Shown in pieces: positions 39,979 to 49,435 of a stretch of DNA of 64,000 nucleotides. The stretch is from Bacteriovorax sp. MedPE-SWde (GTDB lineage Bacteria; Bdellovibrionota; Bacteriovoracia; Bacteriovoracales; Bacteriovoracaceae): positions 69,525 through 133,524 of the forward strand of contig MPCU01000012.1 in the NCBI GenBank assembly GCA_001874305.1. The letters are read 5' to 3'. Position numbers and translations under genes: made by a program. Below the pieces are notes generated by a model. It saw nothing but the letters and a program-made list of their open reading frames with translations. It was not told where the DNA came from and did not search any database. Every line of letters begins with the position of its first letter. Position 1 is the stretch's first letter.

Positions 39979-42900
39979 TTGTTATTCCTTGTAGGTTTAC
40001 TGGTAACATCTCTGATTCATGATATGAAACTAAGCTATCTAAAATGGCCTTGATATTCTCTTCTCTTGTAAAACAAGGTGCTCCGTATTGGATTGCTGCG
40101 TTTCGTATATGTTCACCATCTGATTTTGATGTTCCCATATTTAGAGGAGTATTTAGAACCATTATTAGCTCATCGTCTTTGATGGCATCCTGCATGGCCA
40201 GACCATTTTGATCGCCATGGAATTTAGCAACTAGTGTACACTCGAAACCTTTTGACTTGATAAAGTCATAATTTCCCTTCGTTGCCATAAACCTAATTCC
40301 AATCTTAGAAAGTGATTCTAGGTAGTCAGTCATTATGTCCTTACTTCTATTTGCTAGAGAAATTAGGACTTTTCCTTTTTCAGATATTCTTGGATAATTT
40401 CCTAAATATGATTTAAACATGGCCATCTTTAAGTCTTTATCGATACCTAATGTTTCTCCTGTTGACCTCATCTTCGGACCTAGAATTATGCTGTCATCGA
40501 TATATCTATCAAATGGGAATGTCGATTGTTTGACCACATAGTGTGAAGATTTAATTTCCTTAATAGGTTTTATCTCTTGTCCTAAAAGCGCCTTTGTTGC
40601 TTCTCCTGGAAGATTTACATTTGATGCTTTACTTAGAAATGGTAGGGTTCTTGAACCTCTAGGATTGGCCTCTATACAATAAATATCTTCTCCTTTTACT
40701 GCAAATTGAAAGTTTATTGGACCGACTATTTCCATTTCGTTAGAGAGTTTTATTGCTATCTCTCGCATTCTTGCAACAATTTCTTTTGCAGTATGGACTG
40801 GAGGACTGACCATACCTGAGTCTCCAGAGTGAACTCCAGCATGTTCTATATGTTCACAAATCGTAAAGATTGTATTTCCTTTATTATCTCTAACAAGATC
40901 CACATCAAACTCTAGTGCATTTTCAATATAGTTCTCTACTTGAAAAACAACCTGAGAGTTGTTGAGTCCTTCTTTTATAGACTCGGGTAGTTCTTCAATA
41001 TCTTTATGATCACGGAAGATATACATACTTTCACCGCCAATCACATAGCTTGGACGGATGATTACCGGAAGCCCTATTTCTGTAATTGAGCTAATGAGTT
41101 GTTTATGACCTCTTATCTCTCTTGATTCAGTTCTCTTTAAAGGAGCTGATCTTGTTAGTCTATCAAATCTCTTTCTATCTTCCACAAGATCTAAGATATC
41201 AAGTGTCGGTCCATAAAAATTAAAGTCATGATGATCTCTTCTAAAGTCAGCTTCCAGGTGGGCCCTTATATTGATACCCGTTTGACCACTAAAAGATGTG
41301 ATGACGCCACTTGGGTCTTCAAACCTTAATATATCAAAGAGGTCTTCAGAAAAAAGTGGAGTTAAGTAAAGTCTATCGGAGCTGTCATAGTCAGTACTTA
41401 CAGTTTCAGGATTGGAGTTAAGCATTATACTTTTCTTACCCTGTGTATTTAGTAACTGGCAGGCCTTTACACATGAATAATCAAATTCAATTCCTTGTCC
41501 TATTCTATTTGGCCCAGATCCAAATATCGCTACGGCCTTTTCACCCTGACTGTTGATAGGTGTTACTTCTTGTATATCTGCATATGTACTATAGTAATAT
41601 GGCGTTGTTGCTGCGAATTCTCCAGAGCATGTATCCACTGCTTTAAATACTGGATGTATGTCTAATTCAAATCTCTTATCTAGTATTGTCCTTAGTCCTT
41701 GGTTTGTTAAAAGAGCTAAGTATTTATCGGAGAAACCATTGTACTTGTAATTTATAAATGTATCTCTATTTTCAAGAAGGTTTTGATTTGTACTTAAAGC
41801 TTGCTCCATTTTATAAAAGAGATTCATTTGATCTACAAACCAAGGAGTGATTTTTGTTATTTCACAAATCTCTTGAGTTGTTATTCCCTGTCTTAGAGCT
41901 ACAAGAGTAGTGAGTAGGGATAATTCTCTGGCAGAGCTAAGCCTTTCTCTTATATATTCAGTATCAATTGAAAATGGAGTTGTTTTCAGCTGAGTTAAAT
42001 CTGGTATTTCTAGACCTTGTTCAGTTGATCGCAAGGCCTTCATAAAGGCCTCGTTAAAGCTTCCCCCAAGAGCGAGAACTTCACCTACGGATCTCATTGA
42101 TGGACCTAACGTCTGTGAGGAAGATGGGAACTTATTAAAAGGAAATACAGGGATCTTTACAGCAACATAATCTAATGTCGGCTCAAATGCCACTGGTGAG
42201 ACTTTTGTAATATCATTCATTATTTCAAAGAGTGACATTCCAAGGGCAAGTCCTGCTGAAATTTTTGCAATTGGATATCCTGTCGCCTTAGAGGCAAGTG
42301 CTGATGATCTTGATACCCTAGGGTTCATTTCAATTACTACTATATCATCTTCATTAGCTGGATTGATGGCGAATTGTACATTGGCCCCACCTGCTACAAC
42401 ATTCATATGCTTAGCTATTGTTAAAGACATTGTTCTTAGTTGCTGATAAGCACGATCTGAAATTGTCTGTGCCGGCGCAACAGTTATTGAGTCTCCAGTG
42501 TGGATTCCACATGGGTCGACGTTTTCAATAGAGCAGATGACAACACCATTTCTATTCTTATCAACCATGACTTCTAGTTCGACTTCTTTCCACCCAAGGA
42601 GTGATTTCTCCATTGTGATAGGGTATTTAATATCACTGGTGTTAAGAATATCGAGTAGTTCCGCTTCATTGTATATTAGTGCCGCACCTTTACCTCCTAG
42701 GGCAAAGTCACGTCTAATAATTAATGGGAAAGCGACACTTGAGTGGGCCAGATCAATTGCTTCTTTTTCACTCTGTGCTTGAAACCTCTTTCCCGACTTG
42801 TAGCCAAGCTTCTTCATTTCTTGTGCAAATAATTCTCGATCTTCTGTTTTGTTAATTGTGTCTACATTTGCTCCTAGAAGCTGAACTCCTTGTGAAGCAA

Positions 42901-44434
42901 GATAGTTTTCCTCTTCAAGTTCAATACACATATTTAAGGCCGTCTGTCCGCCCATTGTTGATAGAACAGCATCAACTTTCTCTGTCTCAATAATCTTCTT
43001 AATGACTTCTTTTGTTATTGGCTCGATATAGGTTTTATAACTCATATCTTTATCAGTCATTATCGTTGCAGGGTTAGAGTTGAGTAAGACAACGTCTATA
43101 CCAAGTTCTTTGAGGGACTTTAGCGCCTGTGTTCCAGAGTAATCAAACTCTGATGCTTGACCAATTTTAATTGGTCCCGATCCTATTAGTAGAATCTTAG
43201 ATATTTTAGTATCAAGTTTTCCTTGGTGATAATCAGGGATCGCCGAAATATCTGAAGCGCTGTTGGCCTGTGACTTTCCTTCGAGAAAATCTTGAATTTC
43301 TGTAAAGAATATTGCTCCATCAAGAGGTCCTGGATTGGCCTCTGGGTGAAATTGAACAGATCTTACGCGGTTGTTATAACTTCTCATTCCTTCAAGAGAT
43401 CTATCAAAGAGTGAAGTAAACTCAATATAGAGACCTAGATCATATGGTGCGGACTTTGCTACCTCGTCAAAGGAAGGAGTGGAGATTGCATAGCCGTGGT
43501 TTTGACTTGTGATAAGTAGATCTTGTGTCTTGTGGTCAAAGACTGGATGGTTTGCACCCCTTTGTCCAAATGGAAGTTTTATAATATCCATACCCATAGC
43601 AAGACCAAGGAGTTGATGTCCTAGGCATATACCACGTATTGGAATATCTGTATCTAAGAGTTCTTTTACAATCTCTACCTGCTGTGAGTAATCTCTTGGG
43701 TCTCCTGGACCATTAGAGAGAAATACCATTTTTGGGTTATATGTTTTAATTATTTCTGCAGTTGTATTATAAGGAACTGTAACTAATGGATGACCGAGCT
43801 TTTTTAGTGAGTCGGTAATTGACTTCTTAACGCCATAGTTTACAAGTACTATTGGGTTTTCGCCTTTGGTAACTATTTCGATCTTGTCTTGAGTGACTTT
43901 CTCTAATTTACTGCAGTGGACTTTGTTTTTTGTAAACTCTGTTGCTGCTGGAGCTTTTTCATGAGCTGTGATGGCACTGATATGATTCTTAGATGTACCA
44001 GAAAGATAGAGAGTAAGTGCTCTGGTATCAATTCCAGATATTAGAGGTGTCTCTATGTCTTTAAAGTATTTATTATAAGAAAAGTTTCTTGCGATGATTG
44101 ATGTCCCATGACACTTTTGAGATTGTGAGACTCTTTCATCGTACTCGTAATTTCCTACATGGGCAGTAGTAAATATGATGTGTTGGCCTAAGAAGGAAGG
44201 ATCAGTTGCGGTTTCTTGATAGCCTGACATTCCTGTTGTAAAGGCCGATTCTCCCCAAATCTCACCGTCAAAGCTAGGTTTGTTAATATATCCTTTAAAG
44301 GAAGTGCCGTCTTGAAAATGTATAAATATGGGGGTTTGTTTAAGGGAATTTGAAAAGGATACTTCATCACTGATATGGTTACTACTACAATTATCTCCAA
44401 CACTATTTAGTATTGAGGCGTGAGTTTCCTGCAC
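39971..44434 (-). CDS. carAB: Fused carbamoyl-phosphate synthase small + large subunit
   Basis: GATase (GYQE..TDPS, GICLGHQ, QFHPE) in frame with two ATP-grasp halves (GSGPIKIGQASEFDYSG; GSGPNRIGQGIEFDY) and an MGS domain; GTG start after AGGAG. Confidence 0.95.
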   Translation of the reverse strand: MQETHASILNSVGDNCSSNHISDEVSFSNSLKQTPIFIHFQDGTSFKGYINKPSFDGEIWGESAFTTGMSGYQETATDPSFLGQHIIFTTAHVGNYEYDERVSQSQKCHGTSIIARNFSYNKYFKDIETPLISGIDTRALTLYLSGTSKNHISAITAHEKAPAATEFTKNKVHCSKLEKVTQDKIEIVTKGENPIVLVNYGVKKSITDSLKKLGHPLVTVPYNTTAEIIKTYNPKMVFLSNGPGDPRDYSQQVEIVKELLDTDIPIRGICLGHQLLGLAMGMDIIKLPFGQRGANHPVFDHKTQDLLITSQNHGYAISTPSFDEVAKSAPYDLGLYIEFTSLFDRSLEGMRSYNNRVRSVQFHPEANPGPLDGAIFFTEIQDFLEGKSQANSASDISAIPDYHQGKLDTKISKILLIGSGPIKIGQASEFDYSGTQALKSLKELGIDVVLLNSNPATIMTDKDMSYKTYIEPITKEVIKKIIETEKVDAVLSTMGGQTALNMCIELEEENYLASQGVQLLGANVDTINKTEDRELFAQEMKKLGYKSGKRFQAQSEKEAIDLAHSSVAFPLIIRRDFALGGKGAALIYNEAELLDILNTSDIKYPITMEKSLLGWKEVELEVMVDKNRNGVVICSIENVDPCGIHTGDSITVAPAQTISDRAYQQLRTMSLTIAKHMNVVAGGANVQFAINPANEDDIVVIEMNPRVSRSSALASKATGYPIAKISAGLALGMSLFEIMNDITKVSPVAFEPTLDYVAVKIPVFPFNKFPSSSQTLGPSMRSVGEVLALGGSFNEAFMKALRSTEQGLEIPDLTQLKTTPFSIDTEYIRERLSSARELSLLTTLVALRQGITTQEICEITKITPWFVDQMNLFYKMEQALSTNQNLLENRDTFINYKYNGFSDKYLALLTNQGLRTILDKRFELDIHPVFKAVDTCSGEFAATTPYYYSTYADIQEVTPINSQGEKAVAIFGSGPNRIGQGIEFDYSCVKACQLLNTQGKKSIMLNSNPETVSTDYDSSDRLYLTPLFSEDLFDILRFEDPSGVITSFSGQTGINIRAHLEADFRRDHHDFNFYGPTLDILDLVEDRKRFDRLTRSAPLKRTESREIRGHKQLISSITEIGLPVIIRPSYVIGGESMYIFRDHKDIEELPESIKEGLNNSQVVFQVENYIENALEFDVDLVRDNKGNTIFTICEHIEHAGVHSGDSGMVSPPVHTAKEIVARMREIAIKLSNEMEIVGPINFQFAVKGEDIYCIEANPRGSRTLPFLSKASNVNLPGEATKALLGQEIKPIKEIKSSHYVVKQSTFPFDRYIDDSIILGPKMRSTGETLGIDKDLKMAMFKSYLGNYPRISEKGKVLISLANRSKDIMTDYLESLSKIGIRFMATKGNYDFIKSKGFECTLVAKFHGDQNGLAMQDAIKDDELIMVLNTPLNMGTSKSDGEHIRNAAIQYGAPCFTREENIKAILDSLVSYHESEMLPVNLQGITNV

Positions 44435-45404
44435 AAATATCTCCTGGTACTTTATTATAGATTGATCCGATTTTTTGGTCTTCGTTTGTTATCATGGCCT
44501 CTATTATCGCCATTCTCATATATACTGAATTTCTTACTTGCTCGTGTGCCATCCATATTTCAGAGTCTACGATCTCTTGAGATACTTCAACACCTATATT
44601 CGCAGGCCCTGGATGATAGATAGGTAAGGACTTTTCATTCTTTCTCAGCTTTTCAAAATCAATCCCCCACGAGTCTTTATATGAGGTAAGGGTGTCTTCA
44701 AAACCTTTAGTATGTCTTTCAGATTGGATTCTTAGTAAATACAGAGCATCTGACATCTTTATCGTTTCATCAATATCATTTGAGACTTGAAACTTATTTG
44801 TTTCATCTTCTATATTTTGTGGAATAAATTCCTTTGGTCCGCTTAGAATCACATTGATTCCAAATTGTGGAAGGAGATCCATTAATGAGTGAGTCACTCT
44901 AGAGTGGCGACAGTCTCCAACAATTGCGACTGTTTTGCCTTTTAAGCTCTCTACTCCTCCAAACTGTTCGCTTAATGTATATAAGTCTAGTAGCGCTTGA
45001 GTAGGGTGTTGGTTTGAGCCATCTCCACCGTTTATTATCTTAATGGGTGGATGCTCTTTAAATTCATCAAGTAAATGAGACTGCTTTGTTCGAATTATAC
45101 AAATATCAATTCCCTGATAATGTAGAGTCAAAAGTGTCTGCTCAAGAGATTCACCTTTTTTAAGTGATGAGTTCTCTGCTTGGAAATCTATATGAAAACC
45201 TTGGAGCCTTTTAATGGCCATGGCAAATGAATGTTTTGTTCTTGTTGAATGTTCTAAAAATGATGTTGCGACTGCTAGAGATTTTTGAAGGGGGAGTCTG
45301 GCCGGTGAGCCGGATTTTAAATCTTCGGCCCTTTCAAGGAGCTGTAGAATATGACCCTTTTTAAGGTCTTTGATTCCTTCAAGAATCGAGGGAAAACCAA
45401 CCAT
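44403..45404 (-). CDS. pyrB: Aspartate carbamoyltransferase catalytic subunit
   Basis: STRTKHSF, NGGDGSNQHPTQALLD, VGDCRHSRV, HPGP. Confidence 0.95.
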   Translation of the reverse strand: MVGFPSILEGIKDLKKGHILQLLERAEDLKSGSPARLPLQKSLAVATSFLEHSTRTKHSFAMAIKRLQGFHIDFQAENSSLKKGESLEQTLLTLHYQGIDICIIRTKQSHLLDEFKEHPPIKIINGGDGSNQHPTQALLDLYTLSEQFGGVESLKGKTVAIVGDCRHSRVTHSLMDLLPQFGINVILSGPKEFIPQNIEDETNKFQVSNDIDETIKMSDALYLLRIQSERHTKGFEDTLTSYKDSWGIDFEKLRKNEKSLPIYHPGPANIGVEVSQEIVDSEIWMAHEQVRNSVYMRMAIIEAMITNEDQKIGSIYNKVPGDICAGNSRLNTK

Positions 45405-45476
45405 GACAATCCTTTGTGATTTGTATAGACTAACACTGGTTTAGATTTTTTATTAGATTAAAGAAAGAGAAAGCTT

Positions 45477-46499
45477 TTGGCCATGAAAAAAAACGGTGAT
45501 TTTAAAACTATTCATAACAATGTTCAAAAAGAGGCCTTAGTTAATGAAATTAAAGGGAATCTCTTCGAATATCTTGTTGCCCATTGTGTAGCGAGAGAAA
45601 AGAATGTTGAAGCAAAATTCCTCGAAAGATTCTCTGGGGGAATGAAAGATATGTTCTCTCGATACGAGTCTTGGCTAAGGGAGAATGACCGTGACCTTAT
45701 TCATAAATTACCTCTTTTAGCGCAGGCAATGGCTACTAAACTCTGTGAAAAGATTCCACAAGATATTTCAGAAGTACTTGTCATTGGAAAGATGAGTGGT
45801 GGATTTCACAATGATCTCTATAAAGAAGCAGATATACTCTTGCTTACAGATAAAGAAGTCCCTATCAGTTTAAAACTATGTAAAAAGAATGCATTCGTTA
45901 ATACAAAGAGTGGTGGTGCAAAGAGTTTTATTGGTAAGTATTTTGAGAGTTTTGAAGATGCGGCCTTACTTCAAGAGACGTATAGCAATATCATTGATGA
46001 TGGTTTTCAAAAAATGGGTGAGGAGTTATATGCTCTTCATGACCTTGAGTTCTGTGGTCGTTTTGACTCTTTGTGGGAGGGACCAGATCTTCCAGGTGAG
46101 TTAAATGATGTTGAAAAGGAAATCCTTCATAAATTCTATAGAAGCTTAAACTATCACCTCTATAATATTTTAAAAGACCTTCATTCAAAAGATAAAGTTA
46201 CATTCGTTAAGTCTCTTATGCCAATTATTGGGCAGGGAGATCATCGTGTAATACAGGCCATTTGTTTTCATAAAGATATTGTAAAAAACGGAAACAAATC
46301 TCGCTATGAATCTGATAAAGTATTAGTAAAGTCATTTGAAGAGTATTGCTCAAATATTGAATTCCTAGAGTTTAATGAGTTAATATCTTCATTTGAAATT
46401 AAAATGGGTGAGGATATCTTGCAGATACGTATTAAACCTATGAATAAATTTACAACAGCATCTTATAAAATTAATTGCTCAATGAGGTATGGTGAATAA
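45477..46499 (+). CDS. Hypothetical protein with type II restriction-endonuclease-like PD-(D/E)xK motifs
   Basis: KGNLFEY ... EADILL ... ISLK ... LQIRIK...SYKIN; start may be ATG 45483. Confidence 0.5.
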   Translation: MAMKKNGDFKTIHNNVQKEALVNEIKGNLFEYLVAHCVAREKNVEAKFLERFSGGMKDMFSRYESWLRENDRDLIHKLPLLAQAMATKLCEKIPQDISEVLVIGKMSGGFHNDLYKEADILLLTDKEVPISLKLCKKNAFVNTKSGGAKSFIGKYFESFEDAALLQETYSNIIDDGFQKMGEELYALHDLEFCGRFDSLWEGPDLPGELNDVEKEILHKFYRSLNYHLYNILKDLHSKDKVTFVKSLMPIIGQGDHRVIQAICFHKDIVKNGNKSRYESDKVLVKSFEEYCSNIEFLEFNELISSFEIKMGEDILQIRIKPMNKFTTASYKINCSMRYGE

Positions 46500-47419
46500 T
46501 GTTTACTACAATTCTATGTCAACGAGACTTTAAAGAAATTACCGCAGTTGTTGGTCACATCTGTAATGTTTTTGAATGGAATTCTGATGAGCAATTGAAG
46601 AAGCTTATAAGTGATGGAGAAAAAATTCTACTAATAACAGATAAGACTTCAATTAAACCAGACCTCTATAATCTCTCAAAGCTTGAGTTTAATTCCAATA
46701 TTGCTTTTCATCATTATTGTGAGGAAGTAGAAGCAGGAGATGGACACTTTCCAGGCGTTAGTGAACTCACTCTATGTAAGGACTTTTATAAAGATAGCGG
46801 AATATACTTTGTTATTGATGGTGATTTTGGAGCTCTTCCAACTTTTGAAAAAGAGTTACTTTTTACTGTAGAAGATTATATTTCATTTGATCAGTATAAA
46901 CCTGCATTCTTCTTTGATCGTGATGGAGTCATCAATGTAGATCATTCATATGTTCACAAAATAGAGGATCTTGATTATAAGGACGGAATTAATGAGTTTA
47001 TGACAAGTGATCTATTAAAAGATTATTCAAAATTCATTGTAACGAATCAATCAGGTGTCGCACGAAAGAAATTCACTCTTGAAGATGTGAGAATTTTTAA
47101 TGAAGCAATAACAGATCACTTTAAGTCATTAGGTGCTAACTTCTTAGATGTTCAAGTTGCTCCCTACCATTTTGATAAAGGTATAGAGGAGTTTAAATGG
47201 CACTCTCTTACGAGGAAACCATTTCCTGGAATGGTATTAAAGATTTGTCATAGTTTTCCAGTGGATTTAGAGAAGTCTTGGATGATTGGAGACAAGGTTA
47301 GTGACCATCTTGAGATGAAGTTACTCAACTTTGTTCATATCGATGGTAGTTATGATCTCAGTAACGCTACCGCACCAGTAGTTGAAAACTTTAGTCAAAT
47401 TAAAGACTTAGTAAAATAG
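46499..47419 (+). CDS. gmhB: GmhB-like HAD phosphatase with extra N-terminal domain
   Basis: FDRDGVIN, VTNQSGVAR, RKPFPGM, MIGDKVSD; TAATG overlap with upstream gene. Confidence 0.8.
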   Translation: MFTTILCQRDFKEITAVVGHICNVFEWNSDEQLKKLISDGEKILLITDKTSIKPDLYNLSKLEFNSNIAFHHYCEEVEAGDGHFPGVSELTLCKDFYKDSGIYFVIDGDFGALPTFEKELLFTVEDYISFDQYKPAFFFDRDGVINVDHSYVHKIEDLDYKDGINEFMTSDLLKDYSKFIVTNQSGVARKKFTLEDVRIFNEAITDHFKSLGANFLDVQVAPYHFDKGIEEFKWHSLTRKPFPGMVLKICHSFPVDLEKSWMIGDKVSDHLEMKLLNFVHIDGSYDLSNATAPVVENFSQIKDLVK

Positions 47420-47504
47420 TTCTTGATTTTTCGCGTCAGGCCTGACAAAATTTGACAAAACTACTTTTGTCCAGGGATTGGACTGTATTTTGAAGGGAGT
47501 CAAA

Positions 47505-47855
47505 ATGAAAGTTGCTTTTGCAATACTATGTCTATTTTTCATTTCATTCGCGTTTCAATCACACGCGAGAGATCTTAATATAAGAGAGAAGTCAGTACTT
47601 CTAAATTTCGATAAAACGGTTAAAGTTAAAACATATGTTGAACACAATATAAGTGTTAGTGATTTACCTCTGTCTCAGTATCTAAGTTATAAAGTTCTTA
47701 AGAATTCTTGTCGTCCAGTAATCGCTTCTATCGCAAAGATTGAGGGAGCTGACGAAGAATATAAAGACAGCTCTGAAAAGCTTGCGTCAATGATGAATGT
47801 TTGTTCACAGGGTGTTATTGGTTTAACTAACCTTTATATTGATCAACAGCAGTAG
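47505..47855 (+). CDS. Small secreted hypothetical protein (2 Cys)
   Basis: ATG 47505 after GGGAG; signal peptide ending SHA. Confidence 0.7.
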   Translation: MKVAFAILCLFFISFAFQSHARDLNIREKSVLLNFDKTVKVKTYVEHNISVSDLPLSQYLSYKVLKNSCRPVIASIAKIEGADEEYKDSSEKLASMMNVCSQGVIGLTNLYIDQQQ

Positions 47856-47889
47856 TTATGGCAAAATCCCTTAATTGGAGATATGTGCT

Positions 47890-48909
47890 ATGAGTCAGAA
47901 AATAAGAGTTTTAATTGCCGATACTTTTGATCCTTGGTTTAACCTTGCTACTGAAGACTGGATCTTTCGTGACATGGATCCAGAGGTTAAGGTTCTCTTT
48001 CTTTGGAGAAACTCAGATACTGTTGTAATTGGCAGGTTTCAAAACCCATTCACAGAATGTAATACCGCAAAAATGGATGCAGACAATGTTAAGTTGGCCC
48101 GCAGACAAAGTGGTGGTGGTGCAGTTTTTCATGACCTAGGAAATACTAACTTCACTTTCATGTCTGGTAAGAGTAGTTATGACAAGACTGAAAACAATGA
48201 AATAATTATAAGAGCACTCGCTCATTTTGGAGTTAAGGCATACGCCTCAGGTCGAAATGATATATGTGTCGAAAAAGAAGATGGCCCTAGAAAGATCTCT
48301 GGTAGTGCTTTTAAAGAAACAAAAGATAGAGCGTTTCACCATGGGACATTATTAATTGATGCAAATTTATCTCGACTGGCAAATTATTTAAACCCTGATA
48401 AGAAGAAACTCGTATCTAAGGGGGTTCAATCTGTTAGATCCCGTGTAGCTAATCTTACAGAATTTAAAAGCGATATTACTAATGATGCTCTATGTGATCA
48501 AATAATAAAAGAGTTCTTTAAATTCTATGAATCTGAATGTGATGTTGAGTACCTCGACTATGACTATCTCAAAACAGTTCCAGCATTAAATGAATATTAC
48601 GAAAAGTTAAAAGATTGGAAGTGGCGCTTTGGTGAGACACCGAAGTTTACCCATACTCTTGATGAGAGATTTGAGTGGGGTGGTATGGAAGTTCATATCG
48701 ATTCACATAAGGGAATGATTAAAGATGTGAGAATCTTTTCAGATAGTTTACATCCTGAGATGATTGAGCTCTTAAGTACCAATCTTGTTGGTAAGGAATA
48801 CAATGCACAAGGTATTTCTATGGCATGTCATGAAACAGTGCTAGAGCTACCTATGATTGAAGAGTATGTGAAAGACTTTTCTAATTGGATTGGAAATAAA
48901 ATAAGCTAG
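47890..48909 (+). CDS. lplA: Lipoate-protein ligase A
   Basis: DPWFNLATE, RRQSGGGAVFHD, KISGSAF, HHGTLL, SVRSRV; C-terminal small domain. Confidence 0.95.
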   Translation: MSQKIRVLIADTFDPWFNLATEDWIFRDMDPEVKVLFLWRNSDTVVIGRFQNPFTECNTAKMDADNVKLARRQSGGGAVFHDLGNTNFTFMSGKSSYDKTENNEIIIRALAHFGVKAYASGRNDICVEKEDGPRKISGSAFKETKDRAFHHGTLLIDANLSRLANYLNPDKKKLVSKGVQSVRSRVANLTEFKSDITNDALCDQIIKEFFKFYESECDVEYLDYDYLKTVPALNEYYEKLKDWKWRFGETPKFTHTLDERFEWGGMEVHIDSHKGMIKDVRIFSDSLHPEMIELLSTNLVGKEYNAQGISMACHETVLELPMIEEYVKDFSNWIGNKIS

Positions 48910-49349
48910 ATACTTTTTACTTTTCCAAAACCGTGTAAGACTTTTTCAACTGTTAACATTCTGTTTAAGAGGCCTTTTGCTAGGGCCTCACGTTTAGTGT
49001 CTTGATCTTTAATAGCCTTTTTTATTTCTTCTCTGACTTTTTTGAGATCGTCTGCGTGCTGATCAGATAGCTCTTTTTTGATAACTCTCATTTCTTTTCT
49101 TATTTGATCAAGTAAATTATTTTTCTTAGGTGATTTAATCCTTGATTCTAGTGATGATATTTTCTTTTCAAGTTTTGAGAATTTAGTCTCTAGATCTGTT
49201 TTATACTCAGAGGTGAACGATGTGAGATATTTTTCAATGTGTCCAATTCTGTTATACTTTCCGCCACCTGGAGCATCGGCTCCATTGAAGGTGTCAAGAG
49301 CATGTATTGAGAATGATAAAAGTGTAAAAGCGTAGATTAGTTTCTTCAT
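48906..49349 (-). CDS. Secreted coiled-coil hypothetical protein
   Basis: Signal peptide, heptad repeats; TTGTCA-N17-TACAAT 6 nt before ATG. Confidence 0.7.
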   Translation of the reverse strand: MKKLIYAFTLLSFSIHALDTFNGADAPGGGKYNRIGHIEKYLTSFTSEYKTDLETKFSKLEKKISSLESRIKSPKKNNLLDQIRKEMRVIKKELSDQHADDLKKVREEIKKAIKDQDTKREALAKGLLNRMLTVEKVLHGFGKVKSI

Positions 49350-49435
49350 AAAATAATTGTAGATTAGTGCATCATTAATGACAATTTATTCTTACAATCT
49401 CGCTAAAGCAGTCTATAATTTCTGGCGGAGGTACT

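Noticed and set aside
44403-44434. Possible PyrB-CarA-CarB triple fusion broken by a frameshift
   Set aside because: carAB has its own AGGAG SD 6 nt before a GTG inside the pyrB tail, which ordinary translational coupling explains.
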